Source: Planctomycetota bacterium
Lineage (GTDB): Bacteria; Planctomycetota; Uabimicrobiia; Uabimicrobiales; JABWCH01
Direction of reading: 5' to 3'
DNA: 46,801 nt
Assembly (NCBI GenBank): GCA_022710345.1
Contig: JAKLHB010000003.1
Coordinates: 1 to 46,801, forward strand
A program made the position numbers and the translations under genes. This document shows positions 1 through 9,104 of this stretch, in pieces. Each line of letters begins with the position of its first letter. Within the stretch, counting starts at the first letter, position 1. The notes below the pieces were generated by a model that was given only the letters and a program-made list of their open reading frames with translations, was not told where the DNA came from and made no database searches.

Positions 1-411
1 GATATCGGTTGCTATACCCTTTCCTATTTGAAGCCGCTTGAAGGTTTGCATTCCTGCATTTGCATGGGAGCCAGTATCGGCATGGCCCACGGTATGAGCA
101 AAGCCTTGAAAGAAAAAGTTTCTTTCGACATCAAACGCAATCCTGATGGCCAGCCATTGACCCTATCGTCTATTATTGCAGAAATTTGCTGGCAAATTAA
201 AGTGCCCTACATCGTCAATTCAGAAATCAAGGATATCCCGTTACCTTCTATGAAGGTGGAGGGAGCAGTTGCCCAAACAGTGCTAGAGGGCTTGCTCAAG
301 GCAAATAAACTGGACTACAAACTGTGCATTCGCGGATTATACATTAGCAATCCAATGGCCAAAAAAGAAAACTGGCTTGGATTCCCGCCTTATTACTATC
401 GCAACAAATAA
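1..411 (+). CDS. 3' end of an ORF that enters from upstream. The first ~38 aa resemble the TPP-binding region of indolepyruvate/2-oxoacid:ferredoxin oxidoreductase alpha subunits. The remaining ~95 aa resemble a secretin/TonB short N-terminal (STN/N0-like) domain.
   Basis: Frame 1 is open from nt 1. DIGCYTLSYLKPLEGLHSCICMGASIGMAHGMSKAL matches the DIGCYT...CMGASIG.A.G signature. The expected downstream GDS/GDG TPP-Mg motif is absent. It is replaced by VSFDIKRNPDGQPLTLSSIIAEICWQIKVPYIVNSEIKDIPLPSMKVEGAVAQTVLEGLLKANKLDYKLCIRGLYIS. Stop TAA at 409-411. Confidence 0.5.
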   Translation, partial: DIGCYTLSYLKPLEGLHSCICMGASIGMAHGMSKALKEKVSFDIKRNPDGQPLTLSSIIAEICWQIKVPYIVNSEIKDIPLPSMKVEGAVAQTVLEGLLKANKLDYKLCIRGLYISNPMAKKENWLGFPPYYYRNK

Positions 412-421
412 GACTGTTATC

Positions 422-463
422 AAAAAAAAAACAGGATAGGTCTACTTTGGTAGATCTATCCTG
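422..463. terminator. Stem-loop flanked by an A10 run; it reads as a terminator with a U-tract on the minus strand and as a hairpin without a U-tract on the plus strand.
   Basis: caggataggtctac (432-445) / tttg / gtagatctatcctg (450-463): 14-bp stem with one G-U pair. A10 at 422-431 lies immediately 5' on the plus strand. Confidence 0.4.
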
Positions 464-740
464 CGAACAAAGTGGGAAAAAGGTTTTTAGGTGCTACTTG
501 AGATAGGGCGCTTGATTTTTGGGAACTATAAGAGAGCATATTCTATACCAAATAGAAAGAATTATAGCTAAATTTAAAAATATTTTTTAAAAGATTGTAA
601 CTCCATCTTATATAATAAACTATGTTTTTCAAAAATATTTTATTGTACAATACGGCATGATCTTCAATCATCCATAGCAAATGTAGCAAAATAGATGTGA
701 CGTTTTCATCTCTGTTGGCATGACTTTTTCGCACCTATAG

Positions 741-2750
741 ATGTTGATGATTGCTCGTGAGAATGTTGGATTGGGTAGAATAATGTTACAAATTGATTCA
801 CTTCGTAATTATTTGATTTGGATAATTTTAGGGCTAAGTCTTATCCTTTTCTTTATGATGGGCGACGGCCGTCATTATGGCGAGATTTGGGTAGCCAGGA
901 TTCTCTGTGTGTGCCTGGCGAGCGCTACTGCATTGAGCATCTATTGGATTGGCAATATCTGCTTAAGCTGTTTTAAGATATTGGAAGAAAATTGGCTACA
1001 CCATGTTTTGAGTTTTGCCGTGGGAACCTGGATCATGAGTGTGATCATTTTAGTCCTGGGAACTTTAGGATGGCTTCACCAATATGTTGCCTTAGCCTTG
1101 GTTTTAGTCCCACTTGGATTAGGATATAGAATTTGGCAAAAATTTTTTGTATACCTAAAATTGTTTTCATCTGATTCCTGGACTTGGCTAGAAAAATGCC
1201 TGCTCTGCCTGGCATTATTTGTGCTAGTGCTCAATGTAACACATGCTTTCTTGCCGGCTTGGGATTACGATGTTTTAGAATATCATTTTGCAGCAGGTTC
1301 TGAATACCTCAAAGCAGGTAAAATTGCTTTTTTACAAGACAATGTTTATGCCAATTTTCCCCAGACCATGGAAATGCTTGCTTATTTTTGTATGATCTTG
1401 ATGGGAAAATGGTTTGGAGCGATCATGGCCCAAATACTGCTCCAAGTTTATGGAATCGCACTTCTTTTGGCTGTGTTTGGTTTAGCACGCTCTATTTTAG
1501 ACTCGGCCATAGCAGCCAGGACAAGCTGCCTATTGGTCTTTCTCCTACCTTGGACATCAGAGTTATTGCAAGTTTATTATGTAGAAATCCCTTTGGTATT
1601 TTACATTATTTTAGCTTTGTGCATTTGGTGCCTTGAAGAAAGACAAATTTCTCCATATCAGCGCTTTTTCTGGACCGGAGCATTGTTTGGCATGGCTTGC
1701 AGTATCAAATACAATGCCCTATTTCTAGGGCTACCTGCTTTTTTCCCTTGGTTCCTCTGGACCTGGTGGAAACAAGGCAAACGTGTATGGGTGGTACCTA
1801 CCTTTGCAGCAGGCCTGATGCTTGCCTTTTCGCCCTGGCTGATTCGCAATTGGGCCAACACAGGCAATCCAATATATCCCTTGTGGAATTCCTGGATCAT
1901 CCCTGGTTATTGGACCGATTGGATGTATGCGCGTTTTCGCTATGCCCACGAACCTCGTCAGATTGGCTTTATTCAAATGTTGAAGCATTTAGCTCGCACA
2001 TTCTTTTGGGATTCCCATACCTCCCTACTACACCTCTCACTATTGATTCCAGGATTGGGCTATCTGCTGTCTCGATCCCGCAATATAATATGGTTTATCG
2101 TCATCTGGCTCTGGCTCTGGCTTGGCTATACGAACCAAATCGAGCGCTTTGTCTTTGTGATTTGGATTATCTGCGGAATTGGAATGGGACCGATTTTGCA
2201 ATGGGCTTGCACCCAGCAAATTAACTTGCGTTGGATCATGCCTATCTTGTTCCTGCTCCTTGCGTACCACCATGCCTATTTATCAGCACCCATGGTATAC
2301 GACCATTTCGTTGGCACCAAAACCAGTGCCCAATGGCTCCAAGAGACCTATCCTCCTTATGAGGCAGAGCAATTCATCCAAGAAAATTTACAAGACCACA
2401 AATTACTCGTGGTCGGAGAAGCCCGTATCTTTTACTTAGATTGCCCCATTGTTTCCTCCACAGTTTTTGACCGCAATCTTCTGGAAACCTTATTCCAAGA
2501 ACACCAACAGCCCAAAAAAATTGCCCAAGCTTTGCAAAACCAAAACATTCATTTTATCTATGTGAACTGGCAGGAAATTGCCCGGTTGCAAGATACGTAT
2601 TCTTTTCCATACCAAGGCAAACGCCTTCCTGGCTTCCTCTGGGTTGAGCCACAGCGCTTGCAAACATTTTTCCAAACCCAATGCATTCGTATTTTCCCAA
2701 CACAAAAAGCAACCATAGAAATTTACCAAATTTCTGAAAAAAGGCCATAA
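741..2750 (+). CDS. Polytopic membrane protein, probably a GT-C fold glycosyltransferase (family 39 / ArnT / PMT_2-like), with a C-terminal soluble domain.
   Basis: 669-aa uninterrupted ORF with more than 10 hydrophobic helices across the first ~500 aa, followed by a ~150-aa hydrophilic tail. Overall layout is like ArnT/PMT-type glycosyltransferases. An alternative start is at 783 (MLQIDSL). Confidence 0.45.
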   Translation: MLMIARENVGLGRIMLQIDSLRNYLIWIILGLSLILFFMMGDGRHYGEIWVARILCVCLASATALSIYWIGNICLSCFKILEENWLHHVLSFAVGTWIMSVIILVLGTLGWLHQYVALALVLVPLGLGYRIWQKFFVYLKLFSSDSWTWLEKCLLCLALFVLVLNVTHAFLPAWDYDVLEYHFAAGSEYLKAGKIAFLQDNVYANFPQTMEMLAYFCMILMGKWFGAIMAQILLQVYGIALLLAVFGLARSILDSAIAARTSCLLVFLLPWTSELLQVYYVEIPLVFYIILALCIWCLEERQISPYQRFFWTGALFGMACSIKYNALFLGLPAFFPWFLWTWWKQGKRVWVVPTFAAGLMLAFSPWLIRNWANTGNPIYPLWNSWIIPGYWTDWMYARFRYAHEPRQIGFIQMLKHLARTFFWDSHTSLLHLSLLIPGLGYLLSRSRNIIWFIVIWLWLWLGYTNQIERFVFVIWIICGIGMGPILQWACTQQINLRWIMPILFLLLAYHHAYLSAPMVYDHFVGTKTSAQWLQETYPPYEAEQFIQENLQDHKLLVVGEARIFYLDCPIVSSTVFDRNLLETLFQEHQQPKKIAQALQNQNIHFIYVNWQEIARLQDTYSFPYQGKRLPGFLWVEPQRLQTFFQTQCIRIFPTQKATIEIYQISEKRP

Positions 2751-2803
2751 GCAATCTGCCATTGCCAGGTTTTATTGTTTTTTCTTTGTCAATCTTTTGA
2801 TCA

Positions 2804-2868
2804 CCCTACATGCGCATAACAAGAGCAATCGTATAACATAAGGAACGCTTTATGTTATGCGTGTAGGG
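2804..2868. terminator. Long imperfect inverted repeat between convergent genes; likely a bidirectional terminator or repeat element.
   Basis: ccctacatgcgcataaca (2804-2821) pairs with tgttatgcgtgtaggg (2853-2868). A competing inner hairpin is cgtataacataa (2830-2841) / ttatgttatgcg (2850-2861). It lies between the stop at 2750 (+) and the stop at 2885 (-). Confidence 0.5.
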
Positions 2869-2884
2869 CATTAGCGAAGACCGC

Positions 2885-3601
2885 TCATAGATTTTGAATC
2901 GTATGTTGAACCAAGATCAGAAGTTGGGCACTGGCTTGGGGGAGAAAACGTTCAAAATCAATTTTTGCTTGGCCATCTGCTTGATCCGAGATGATGCGAA
3001 TGATGAGGTGTGGGATTTGATTTTGGTGAGCTACCAAAGCCACGCTGGCACCTTCCATTTCTACTGCATCGCCGCCTAATTCATCCCTAAGCTCATTTTT
3101 ATGCTGGGTGCTGACAAATGTATCTCCTGTGAGCACACGTCCTACGCAAATGCGTCCTTGTGGGGCTGTGTAGGATTGGGCCAATTGCAAAAGGGTAGGG
3201 TCTGCGGGGATCATGCGAATATGGGCATAAGGAATCTCACCGCGTTCAAATCCTAGGGATGTGACATTCATATCGTGCATCATGGTTTCTTTTGCCAGAA
3301 TGATATCCCCGATTTGATAGGATGGGTTCAATGCGCCGGCTAATCCAGTGAATAAAATATATCTTGGATGGTAAGTATCTATTGCTTTTTGAGTTGCCAT
3401 TGCGGCTAATGATTTCCCAACTCCTGTAGCAGCAAAGACAATGTTTTTTCCATCAAGGATACCTTTATAAAATTTTATATATGACCATCTTAAGTCAATT
3501 TGGCTATTGCTAGCTTTTTGATACGCTTGGATTTCTCCTTCCAGCGCTCCTAAAATTAAAATGGGTGCACTCAAAAAAAGCTCCTTTTGATCGAGAGACA
3601 A
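2885..3601 (-). CDS. mtnN: 5'-methylthioadenosine/S-adenosylhomocysteine nucleosidase.
   Basis: 238 aa with a TTG start. The PNP_UDP_1 fold pattern is typical of Pfs/MtnN: ILGALEGE, FAATGVGKSLAA, FTGLAGAL, GDTFV, AVEMEGASVA, IRIISDQAD. Confidence 0.85.
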   Translation of the reverse strand: MSLDQKELFLSAPILILGALEGEIQAYQKASNSQIDLRWSYIKFYKGILDGKNIVFAATGVGKSLAAMATQKAIDTYHPRYILFTGLAGALNPSYQIGDIILAKETMMHDMNVTSLGFERGEIPYAHIRMIPADPTLLQLAQSYTAPQGRICVGRVLTGDTFVSTQHKNELRDELGGDAVEMEGASVALVAHQNQIPHLIIRIISDQADGQAKIDFERFLPQASAQLLILVQHTIQNL

Positions 3602-3690
3602 GATTTTATTTTAGAAAATAGACTGTAACACCAATATTTATAAAGAATTAAAAATAAAATTTTAATCAATCAACTTTTCTTACAAAAAAA

Positions 3691-3719
3691 TTTACAAAAA
3701 TGCTACAAAATGTTACAAT
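3691..3719 (+). promoter_or_regulatory. Candidate sigma70-type promoter for the oxidoreductase operon.
   Basis: TTTACA (3691-3696), a 17-nt spacer, then TACAAT (3714-3719), in the AT-rich divergent intergenic region. It would give a ~90-nt leader before the ATG at 3813. Confidence 0.3.
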
Positions 3720-3812
3720 TATGGAAGCAGTCTTGTATTGCTCCTAAAAGGAAGTCAATCAATGGAGTCCGCATTTTTTCTACCTTGTCGGTAGGGATTA
3801 TGCGAAAATGTT

Positions 3813-5903
3813 ATGGATTATTTGATTCAACAGCATCCGATTTTACCACCGCGGCCCAATGAGCCGGTGGAATTTTATTGGCAGGATCAAAAAATGGTAG
3901 GCCAAAATGGCCATACCATTGCGGCTGCATTATTTGCAAACGGTATTCGGACATTTGGCTATCACAGCAAAGATCATGCCCCGATGGGCATCTTTTGCGC
4001 AAATGGACAATGTTCTCAATGCACGGTAATCGCAGACGGATTACCTGTAAAAGCATGCATGGAATTATTGAAACCAGGCATGAAGATCGCTCCTGTGATG
4101 GGGCGGCCAGCATTGCCAGAATCTTCTGATCTTCCTCCACTTCATAAAACAGAATACATCAATACTTCATGCTTGATCATTGGTGGAGGCCCTGCAGGGC
4201 TTTCTGCAGCCATTGAATTAGGCAAGCTGAATATACCAACATTGCTGGTGGATGACAAGCATAAATTAGGTGGAAAATTGGTGCTTCAGACCCATCGCTT
4301 TTTTGGAAGCATCAATGCTTGTTACGCTGGAACTCGTGGAATTGACATCGCAAAGCGCTTAGAGGATGAAGTACGCAAATATCCAAGTGTACAAATTTGG
4401 TGTCAAAGTACTGCAGTAGCAGTGTTTGCAGACGGCAAGGTTGGTGTTTTGCGCCAAGGCATGGAATACGTTTTGGTCACTCCAAAAATTTTGCTTGTGG
4501 CAGCCGGTGCACGAGAAAAATCCTTGGTATTCAAAGGAAATACCTTGCCCGGTGTCTATGGAGCAGGAGCATTCCAAACACTCGTGAATCGAGATTTGGT
4601 TCGAGCAGCAGAAAAGTTATTTGTGGTAGGTGGTGGGAATGTGGGGCTAATCGCGAGCTATCATGCTCTCCAAGCTGGTATCAAAGTGGTTGGCCTTGTA
4701 GAAGCTTTGCCAGAATGTGGCGGGTACAAAGTCCATAAAGATAAATTAGCTCGTTTAGGTATCCCGATCTACACATCACACACTGTGCTTAGCGCCAATG
4801 GCACGGATAGTGTCGAGGGGATCACCATAGCAGCAATCAATAAAGAATGGAAGCCCATTTCTGGGACTGAAAAAACATTTGCTTGCGACACAGTGCTCAT
4901 TGCAGTTGGACTTGACCCTGTGCGCGAGTTCTATGATAAAGCTGTCCAATTTGGATTATCTGCATTTGCGGCTGGAGATGCAGAAGAAATCGCAGAAGCA
5001 TCCGCAGCCATGTTCTCCGGGAAGATCAAAGGGTTAGAGATTGCCAAACACTTAGGCCAACCTGTTGGGGAAATCCCGCCGGATTGGATACGCACCATGG
5101 AAATTCTCAAAAGTCGGCCAGGGCAAAGCTATGGAGAACAATTGCCAGCCGAAGAACAAGGCGTGATGCCTGTTTTTCACTGTGATCAGGAAATTCCATG
5201 CAATCCTTGCACTTCAATTTGTCCATTAGGAAATATTTTTATTGATGACACAGATATCCGTAAAGTGCCGGAATACATTTCTAAAAAAACTGGCAAGCAA
5301 TGCACGGGTTGTGAAAAATGTATCACAATTTGCCCTGGATTGGCCATCACTCTGGTGGATTATCGTCAGCCTGGCGATCCTTTGGTAACAATTGCGTATG
5401 AATTTTCCCAAGGAAAACACGTTTATCGCAAAGATGACATTGTTACGGTTGTGGATATGCACGGGAATATTCTGGGCAATGTGCCGGTTGTGCAAACCAG
5501 GATTACCAAAGCCACAGATCATACCGTATTATTAAAGGTACGAGCTCCAAAAGAATATGCCAAAAAAATCGCAGGTGTCTTAATCCAAAATAAGGAAGTT
5601 TCAGCATCGTTAGATCAATACGTCAATCGTTTAGAAGATGATATGATTGTTTGCAGATGCGAGCGAGTGAGTTTGCAAGAAATCAAAAAATTGATCGCAG
5701 AAGGATGTCGGGACATGAACCAGATCAAGGCCATGACACGCGCAGGCATGGGAGCATGCGGTGCAAAGACCTGCGAAGTGATCATTCAACGAGCATTTCG
5801 CGAAATGGGCATTCCAAGCAGTGAGGTGACTGGCTTTGTGCATCGCCCCTTGTTTGTAGAAACATCCTTAGGCACTTTGGCAGGGATTAAGGAAGGGAAA
5901 TAG
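3813..5903 (+). CDS. Fused iron-sulfur/FAD-NAD(P) oxidoreductase, alpha-type subunit of the HcnAB / opine oxidase OoxA / D-hydroxyproline or L-proline dehydrogenase / sarcosine oxidase-alpha-like family.
   Basis: N-terminal 2Fe-2S-type Cys pattern CANGQCSQCTV...ACM. Two dinucleotide folds: IIGGGPAGLSAA and VVGGGNVGLIASY. Ferredoxin-like CTGCEKCITICP. C-terminal BFD-like CRCERV...GACGAKTC. Confidence 0.75.
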   Translation: MDYLIQQHPILPPRPNEPVEFYWQDQKMVGQNGHTIAAALFANGIRTFGYHSKDHAPMGIFCANGQCSQCTVIADGLPVKACMELLKPGMKIAPVMGRPALPESSDLPPLHKTEYINTSCLIIGGGPAGLSAAIELGKLNIPTLLVDDKHKLGGKLVLQTHRFFGSINACYAGTRGIDIAKRLEDEVRKYPSVQIWCQSTAVAVFADGKVGVLRQGMEYVLVTPKILLVAAGAREKSLVFKGNTLPGVYGAGAFQTLVNRDLVRAAEKLFVVGGGNVGLIASYHALQAGIKVVGLVEALPECGGYKVHKDKLARLGIPIYTSHTVLSANGTDSVEGITIAAINKEWKPISGTEKTFACDTVLIAVGLDPVREFYDKAVQFGLSAFAAGDAEEIAEASAAMFSGKIKGLEIAKHLGQPVGEIPPDWIRTMEILKSRPGQSYGEQLPAEEQGVMPVFHCDQEIPCNPCTSICPLGNIFIDDTDIRKVPEYISKKTGKQCTGCEKCITICPGLAITLVDYRQPGDPLVTIAYEFSQGKHVYRKDDIVTVVDMHGNILGNVPVVQTRITKATDHTVLLKVRAPKEYAKKIAGVLIQNKEVSASLDQYVNRLEDDMIVCRCERVSLQEIKKLIAEGCRDMNQIKAMTRAGMGACGAKTCEVIIQRAFREMGIPSSEVTGFVHRPLFVETSLGTLAGIKEGK

Positions 5904-5905
5904 CC

Positions 5906-7066
5906 ATGCAAAAAAATTTTGATGTGGTGATCATTGGGAGTGGCAGCATTGGCACTCCAACAGCCTTATTCCTGGCTCAATCTGGGTTAAAAGTTTTGGT
6001 ATTAGAAAAATTGCCAAGTCCAGGCCAAGGTTCTAATAAAGCTGCGATTGGCGGAATTCGAGCCACACACTCTGATCCTGCAAAAATCAGCCTTTGCTTG
6101 CAAAGCATTGATATTTTCTCCCATTGGCAAGAACAATACGGAGATCATATTGAATGGGCACAAGGCGGCTATAGCTTTGTAGCGTACCAACCCAAAGAAG
6201 AAAGAACACTCAAAGATTTGCTGGTCATTCAGCAAAGGTATGGGTTGAATATCCAGTGGTTGAGCAAAGATGCATTATTACAACGTATTCCATCCTTAAA
6301 TCCGAATGGCCTTTTAGGCGGCACGTATTCTCCAGAAGATGGTAGTGCTAGTCCTTTGCTTGCGTGTTTAGCCTTTTATCGTCATAGCTTGCGGTATGGT
6401 GCAGAATTTCATTTCAATGAAATAGCCCAAGAAATTCAGCTTGCCAATGGCAGGGTAGCAGGGATTCGGACAGATAAAGGTATCTACCATACTCCTTATG
6501 TAATCAATGCTGCAGGTGCATGGGCCAAAGATATTGCAAATTCCATTGGGTTGGATGTTCCAGTTCTTCCCGATTCCCATGAAGCAGGTATTACCGAAGC
6601 TGTGGCTGATTTTCTCAAGCCAATGGTTGTAGATATTCGGCCAGGTCCTAATTCGGCTAATTTTTATTTTTATCAGCATTGCACTGGTCAGGTGATTTTC
6701 TGCATCACACCGGCTCCTGCAATTTTAGGCACAGATCGGCGGGAGACATCCACTTTCTTGCCTCAGATTGCAACTCGTATGGTGGATGTCATGCCCAAAC
6801 TGCGGTATCTGAAAGTCAGGCGTACTTGGCGTGGGCTATATCCTATGACTCCTGATGGCTCGCCAATCATTGGCCCAGAGCCGACGGTTCCTGGCTATAT
6901 TCATGCAGAAGGTATGTGTGGCCAAGGTTTTATGTTAGGGCCAGGGGTCGGCAAATTGATCACGAGGCTTTTGCAAAGCCAACTCACAGAAAAAGACCAT
7001 GAAACCCTTCGCATTTTAAATCCAAATCGCAGAACCGGTGGCAAAGTCCAGGAAAAACTCGCATAA
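5906..7066 (+). CDS. FAD-dependent oxidoreductase (DAO family), beta-type subunit (HcnC / OoxB / SoxB-like) partner of the preceding gene.
   Basis: 386 aa. N-terminal VVIIGSGSIGTPTALFLAQSGLKVLVLEK is a Rossmann FAD motif. The ATG lies 2 nt after the upstream stop, indicating an operon. Confidence 0.8.
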   Translation: MQKNFDVVIIGSGSIGTPTALFLAQSGLKVLVLEKLPSPGQGSNKAAIGGIRATHSDPAKISLCLQSIDIFSHWQEQYGDHIEWAQGGYSFVAYQPKEERTLKDLLVIQQRYGLNIQWLSKDALLQRIPSLNPNGLLGGTYSPEDGSASPLLACLAFYRHSLRYGAEFHFNEIAQEIQLANGRVAGIRTDKGIYHTPYVINAAGAWAKDIANSIGLDVPVLPDSHEAGITEAVADFLKPMVVDIRPGPNSANFYFYQHCTGQVIFCITPAPAILGTDRRETSTFLPQIATRMVDVMPKLRYLKVRRTWRGLYPMTPDGSPIIGPEPTVPGYIHAEGMCGQGFMLGPGVGKLITRLLQSQLTEKDHETLRILNPNRRTGGKVQEKLA

Positions 7067-7076
7067 TTTTGTCAAT

Positions 7077-7122
7077 AAGGCCGTATGCCTTGCAACGCAT
7101 ACGGCCTTATTATATTTTTTTT
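7077..7122 (+). terminator. Rho-independent terminator of the oxidoreductase operon.
   Basis: Perfect 12-bp stem aaggccgtatgc / gcatacggcctt with an 8-nt loop, followed by attatatttttttt. Confidence 0.8.
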
Positions 7123-7214
7123 ATCTGTGTTTATCCGTGTGAATTTTTGGTTCTTCATGTTTTAAGGCATCGAAGAATCGTACGTTTAAGTTAATGTTTA
7201 CGATGCCTCATGAA

Positions 7215-9086
7215 TCATCGAATGTACTTTTGTGCATAGCTACGGACATGATGGCCTGCGAGTACGTGGAAAATACGCAATTTCCGAATGGTATAAGCCG
7301 AAAATTGGGAAATCGGAAGATATAAAAGGTGATTTTCATTTTTCCGAGCAATGGATCGAGATTGCAAACTTGGCCTAGATTGGGCAACATACGCAATATA
7401 TTTGGATTGGCTGTAGAAACAGGCTGCTGCTACTAATTTTTCAATGGGCTGCTGGACATCGTCGAATTGTTTGTTTTTCCAAATATCTGGAATGACTTGG
7501 GGTGGAAAAATAAAGAGCGCTCCACCATATAGAGCACGGCTAATTCCTGGCCCAATGATGTCTTCATTGGGGTCGGTTGCATAGAAACAAAGTGTGGATT
7601 CTTCAGCATGTTCTGCTAGCCAGGTAATTCGGTAAGGATAGATTTCTACATTCGGGTCAAAGATAAAGATCACGGCTCCCACATCCCCACGCATGGGAGG
7701 GATTTCCTTAACGTAGATATCATGGGTATGCCATTGATGGATGGTCTCTCGAATATCTAGACCATCCTTAATGCTGGTGGTGAATTTTTCAATCCTCGCT
7801 AAATCTTCGCCTAGCAAAGCCCTGGCACGGGCTTTTACGTGGCTGGTGAAACGCTCAATTCGATCATCTTCCTCTGGCCAGGAGCATTCATGGTGGTGCC
7901 CCCAGCGGCGTTTCCATTCTGCTTTCTTTTCTGGACGTGGTCTGCGTTCCAATTTGATATTCTTTAAGCTGAATGGCGGTCCTGGGAGGCGATTTTTTGC
8001 ATTGACTTCGCCGAAATCTTTCAACCACGCTGTTTCGATTCCAATCCTGGCTTCAGGCAATGTCACAGTAGGGTCCTGGTATGGATAAAACTTAGCCATT
8101 TCCAAAAGCCGTGCAGCGAATCCACTTCCTCCTACACCTTGGGCTGCCACAATTAAATCATATAGAGATGGGGTAAGGTAGCCTTGGAGCAGGCATAAAT
8201 TGCGCAGATAATACAAAAGGGATTGCATGGCACTGAGCGTTAAGCGTTCAGTTTCTTCGGCAAAATCATGGCAATATTCTTTACGGGTTTCTAGCAAAAG
8301 CTCTTTGATTCCATCGCATTTATCAAATGACTTGAGGTCTGGATCATAGCGATTTTTTTCATATAAAAATGTAATATACGGAATTTCGCCTGTGGTGAGA
8401 TAGATGCTGTCCGAATGCACAGCATAAATCTGAGGAGTGTATTCTGGATGAACGTGCGAGGCCGGCCTGGGTGTTTTATCTTGAAGATGACGGCGGATTC
8501 CCTGCCAGTGGGCCAAGCCACATACAAATAAAATCTTATCAAATTCTTGTTGCAAATGCCTAAGTTCATTTGCCATCCAGGATTCACGCTGATCTTGCCA
8601 GGACCCAGGCGCAGGTGTGGGTAAATACCCGAGCATACTTTCATAATAGGCAGGCAATCCTACCTGAGTCATGGCGTATTCATCAGGTAAAGCAGGACTC
8701 AGCGCAGCAAATGTTTCGGTTTCCATATCCACAAAAGCAATAGCAATGCGCTCGCGCAATGCTAACCGAATGGCTTCCATAATGCCTTCACCAGGCTCTA
8801 TTGGCACATAGCAATATCCGGTTACGCTTTCTCGATATACCACTGCGCTGATCAAAGGCAAATGCTCGGCTGCTTCTTGCACAGAAGCAGCCAGTGAACC
8901 TGGTAATTCAACAGCCACACAATCATAGCGATCTTGAAGAAACACACGCCGCACTTCTTGTGCAAAAGCGCATCGGCCATGAATCACAGGCACACAAACA
9001 ATATTTTCCAACTGCAATATATTGCTCATAACCATTTCCGTTAAAGTTGAGCGGTGAGATACATGATTCTTTGTTGGTTCAAGCAT
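7215..9086 (-). CDS. Hypothetical protein with an N-terminal region reminiscent of the TraB/GumN/ChaN (Tiki) superfamily, DUF5682-like.
   Basis: 623-aa ORF. The more likely start is the ATG at 9029 (MSNILQLENIVCVPVIHGRCAFAQEVRRVFLQDRYDCVAVELPGSL...IAIAFVDME). This pattern (beta strand, His, helix, D.V.VE.P, then a second strand ending in FVD) matches the family. It lies 18 nt downstream of the tricorn gene on the same strand. Confidence 0.4.
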   Translation of the reverse strand: MLEPTKNHVSHRSTLTEMVMSNILQLENIVCVPVIHGRCAFAQEVRRVFLQDRYDCVAVELPGSLAASVQEAAEHLPLISAVVYRESVTGYCYVPIEPGEGIMEAIRLALRERIAIAFVDMETETFAALSPALPDEYAMTQVGLPAYYESMLGYLPTPAPGSWQDQRESWMANELRHLQQEFDKILFVCGLAHWQGIRRHLQDKTPRPASHVHPEYTPQIYAVHSDSIYLTTGEIPYITFLYEKNRYDPDLKSFDKCDGIKELLLETRKEYCHDFAEETERLTLSAMQSLLYYLRNLCLLQGYLTPSLYDLIVAAQGVGGSGFAARLLEMAKFYPYQDPTVTLPEARIGIETAWLKDFGEVNAKNRLPGPPFSLKNIKLERRPRPEKKAEWKRRWGHHHECSWPEEDDRIERFTSHVKARARALLGEDLARIEKFTTSIKDGLDIRETIHQWHTHDIYVKEIPPMRGDVGAVIFIFDPNVEIYPYRITWLAEHAEESTLCFYATDPNEDIIGPGISRALYGGALFIFPPQVIPDIWKNKQFDDVQQPIEKLVAAACFYSQSKYIAYVAQSRPSLQSRSIARKNENHLLYLPISQFSAYTIRKLRIFHVLAGHHVRSYAQKYIR

Positions 9087-9104
9087 TGTTGAACCAGGCT
9101 GCTA

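Noticed and set aside
543-734. 63-aa minus-strand ORF in the AT-rich spacer before the glycosyltransferase gene.
   Set aside because: AT-rich, low-complexity and Asn/Ile/Tyr/Lys-biased, as expected from random AT-rich sequence. The only support is the minus-oriented hairpin plus T-run at 422-463. I keep it as unproven rather than annotate it.
1388-2439. Alternative-frame ORFs (82, 175 and 86 aa on plus; 80, 85 and 77 aa on minus) inside the glycosyltransferase gene.
   Set aside because: They are nested within an uninterrupted 669-aa ORF with coherent transmembrane topology. The products are compositionally odd and lack any recognisable motif.
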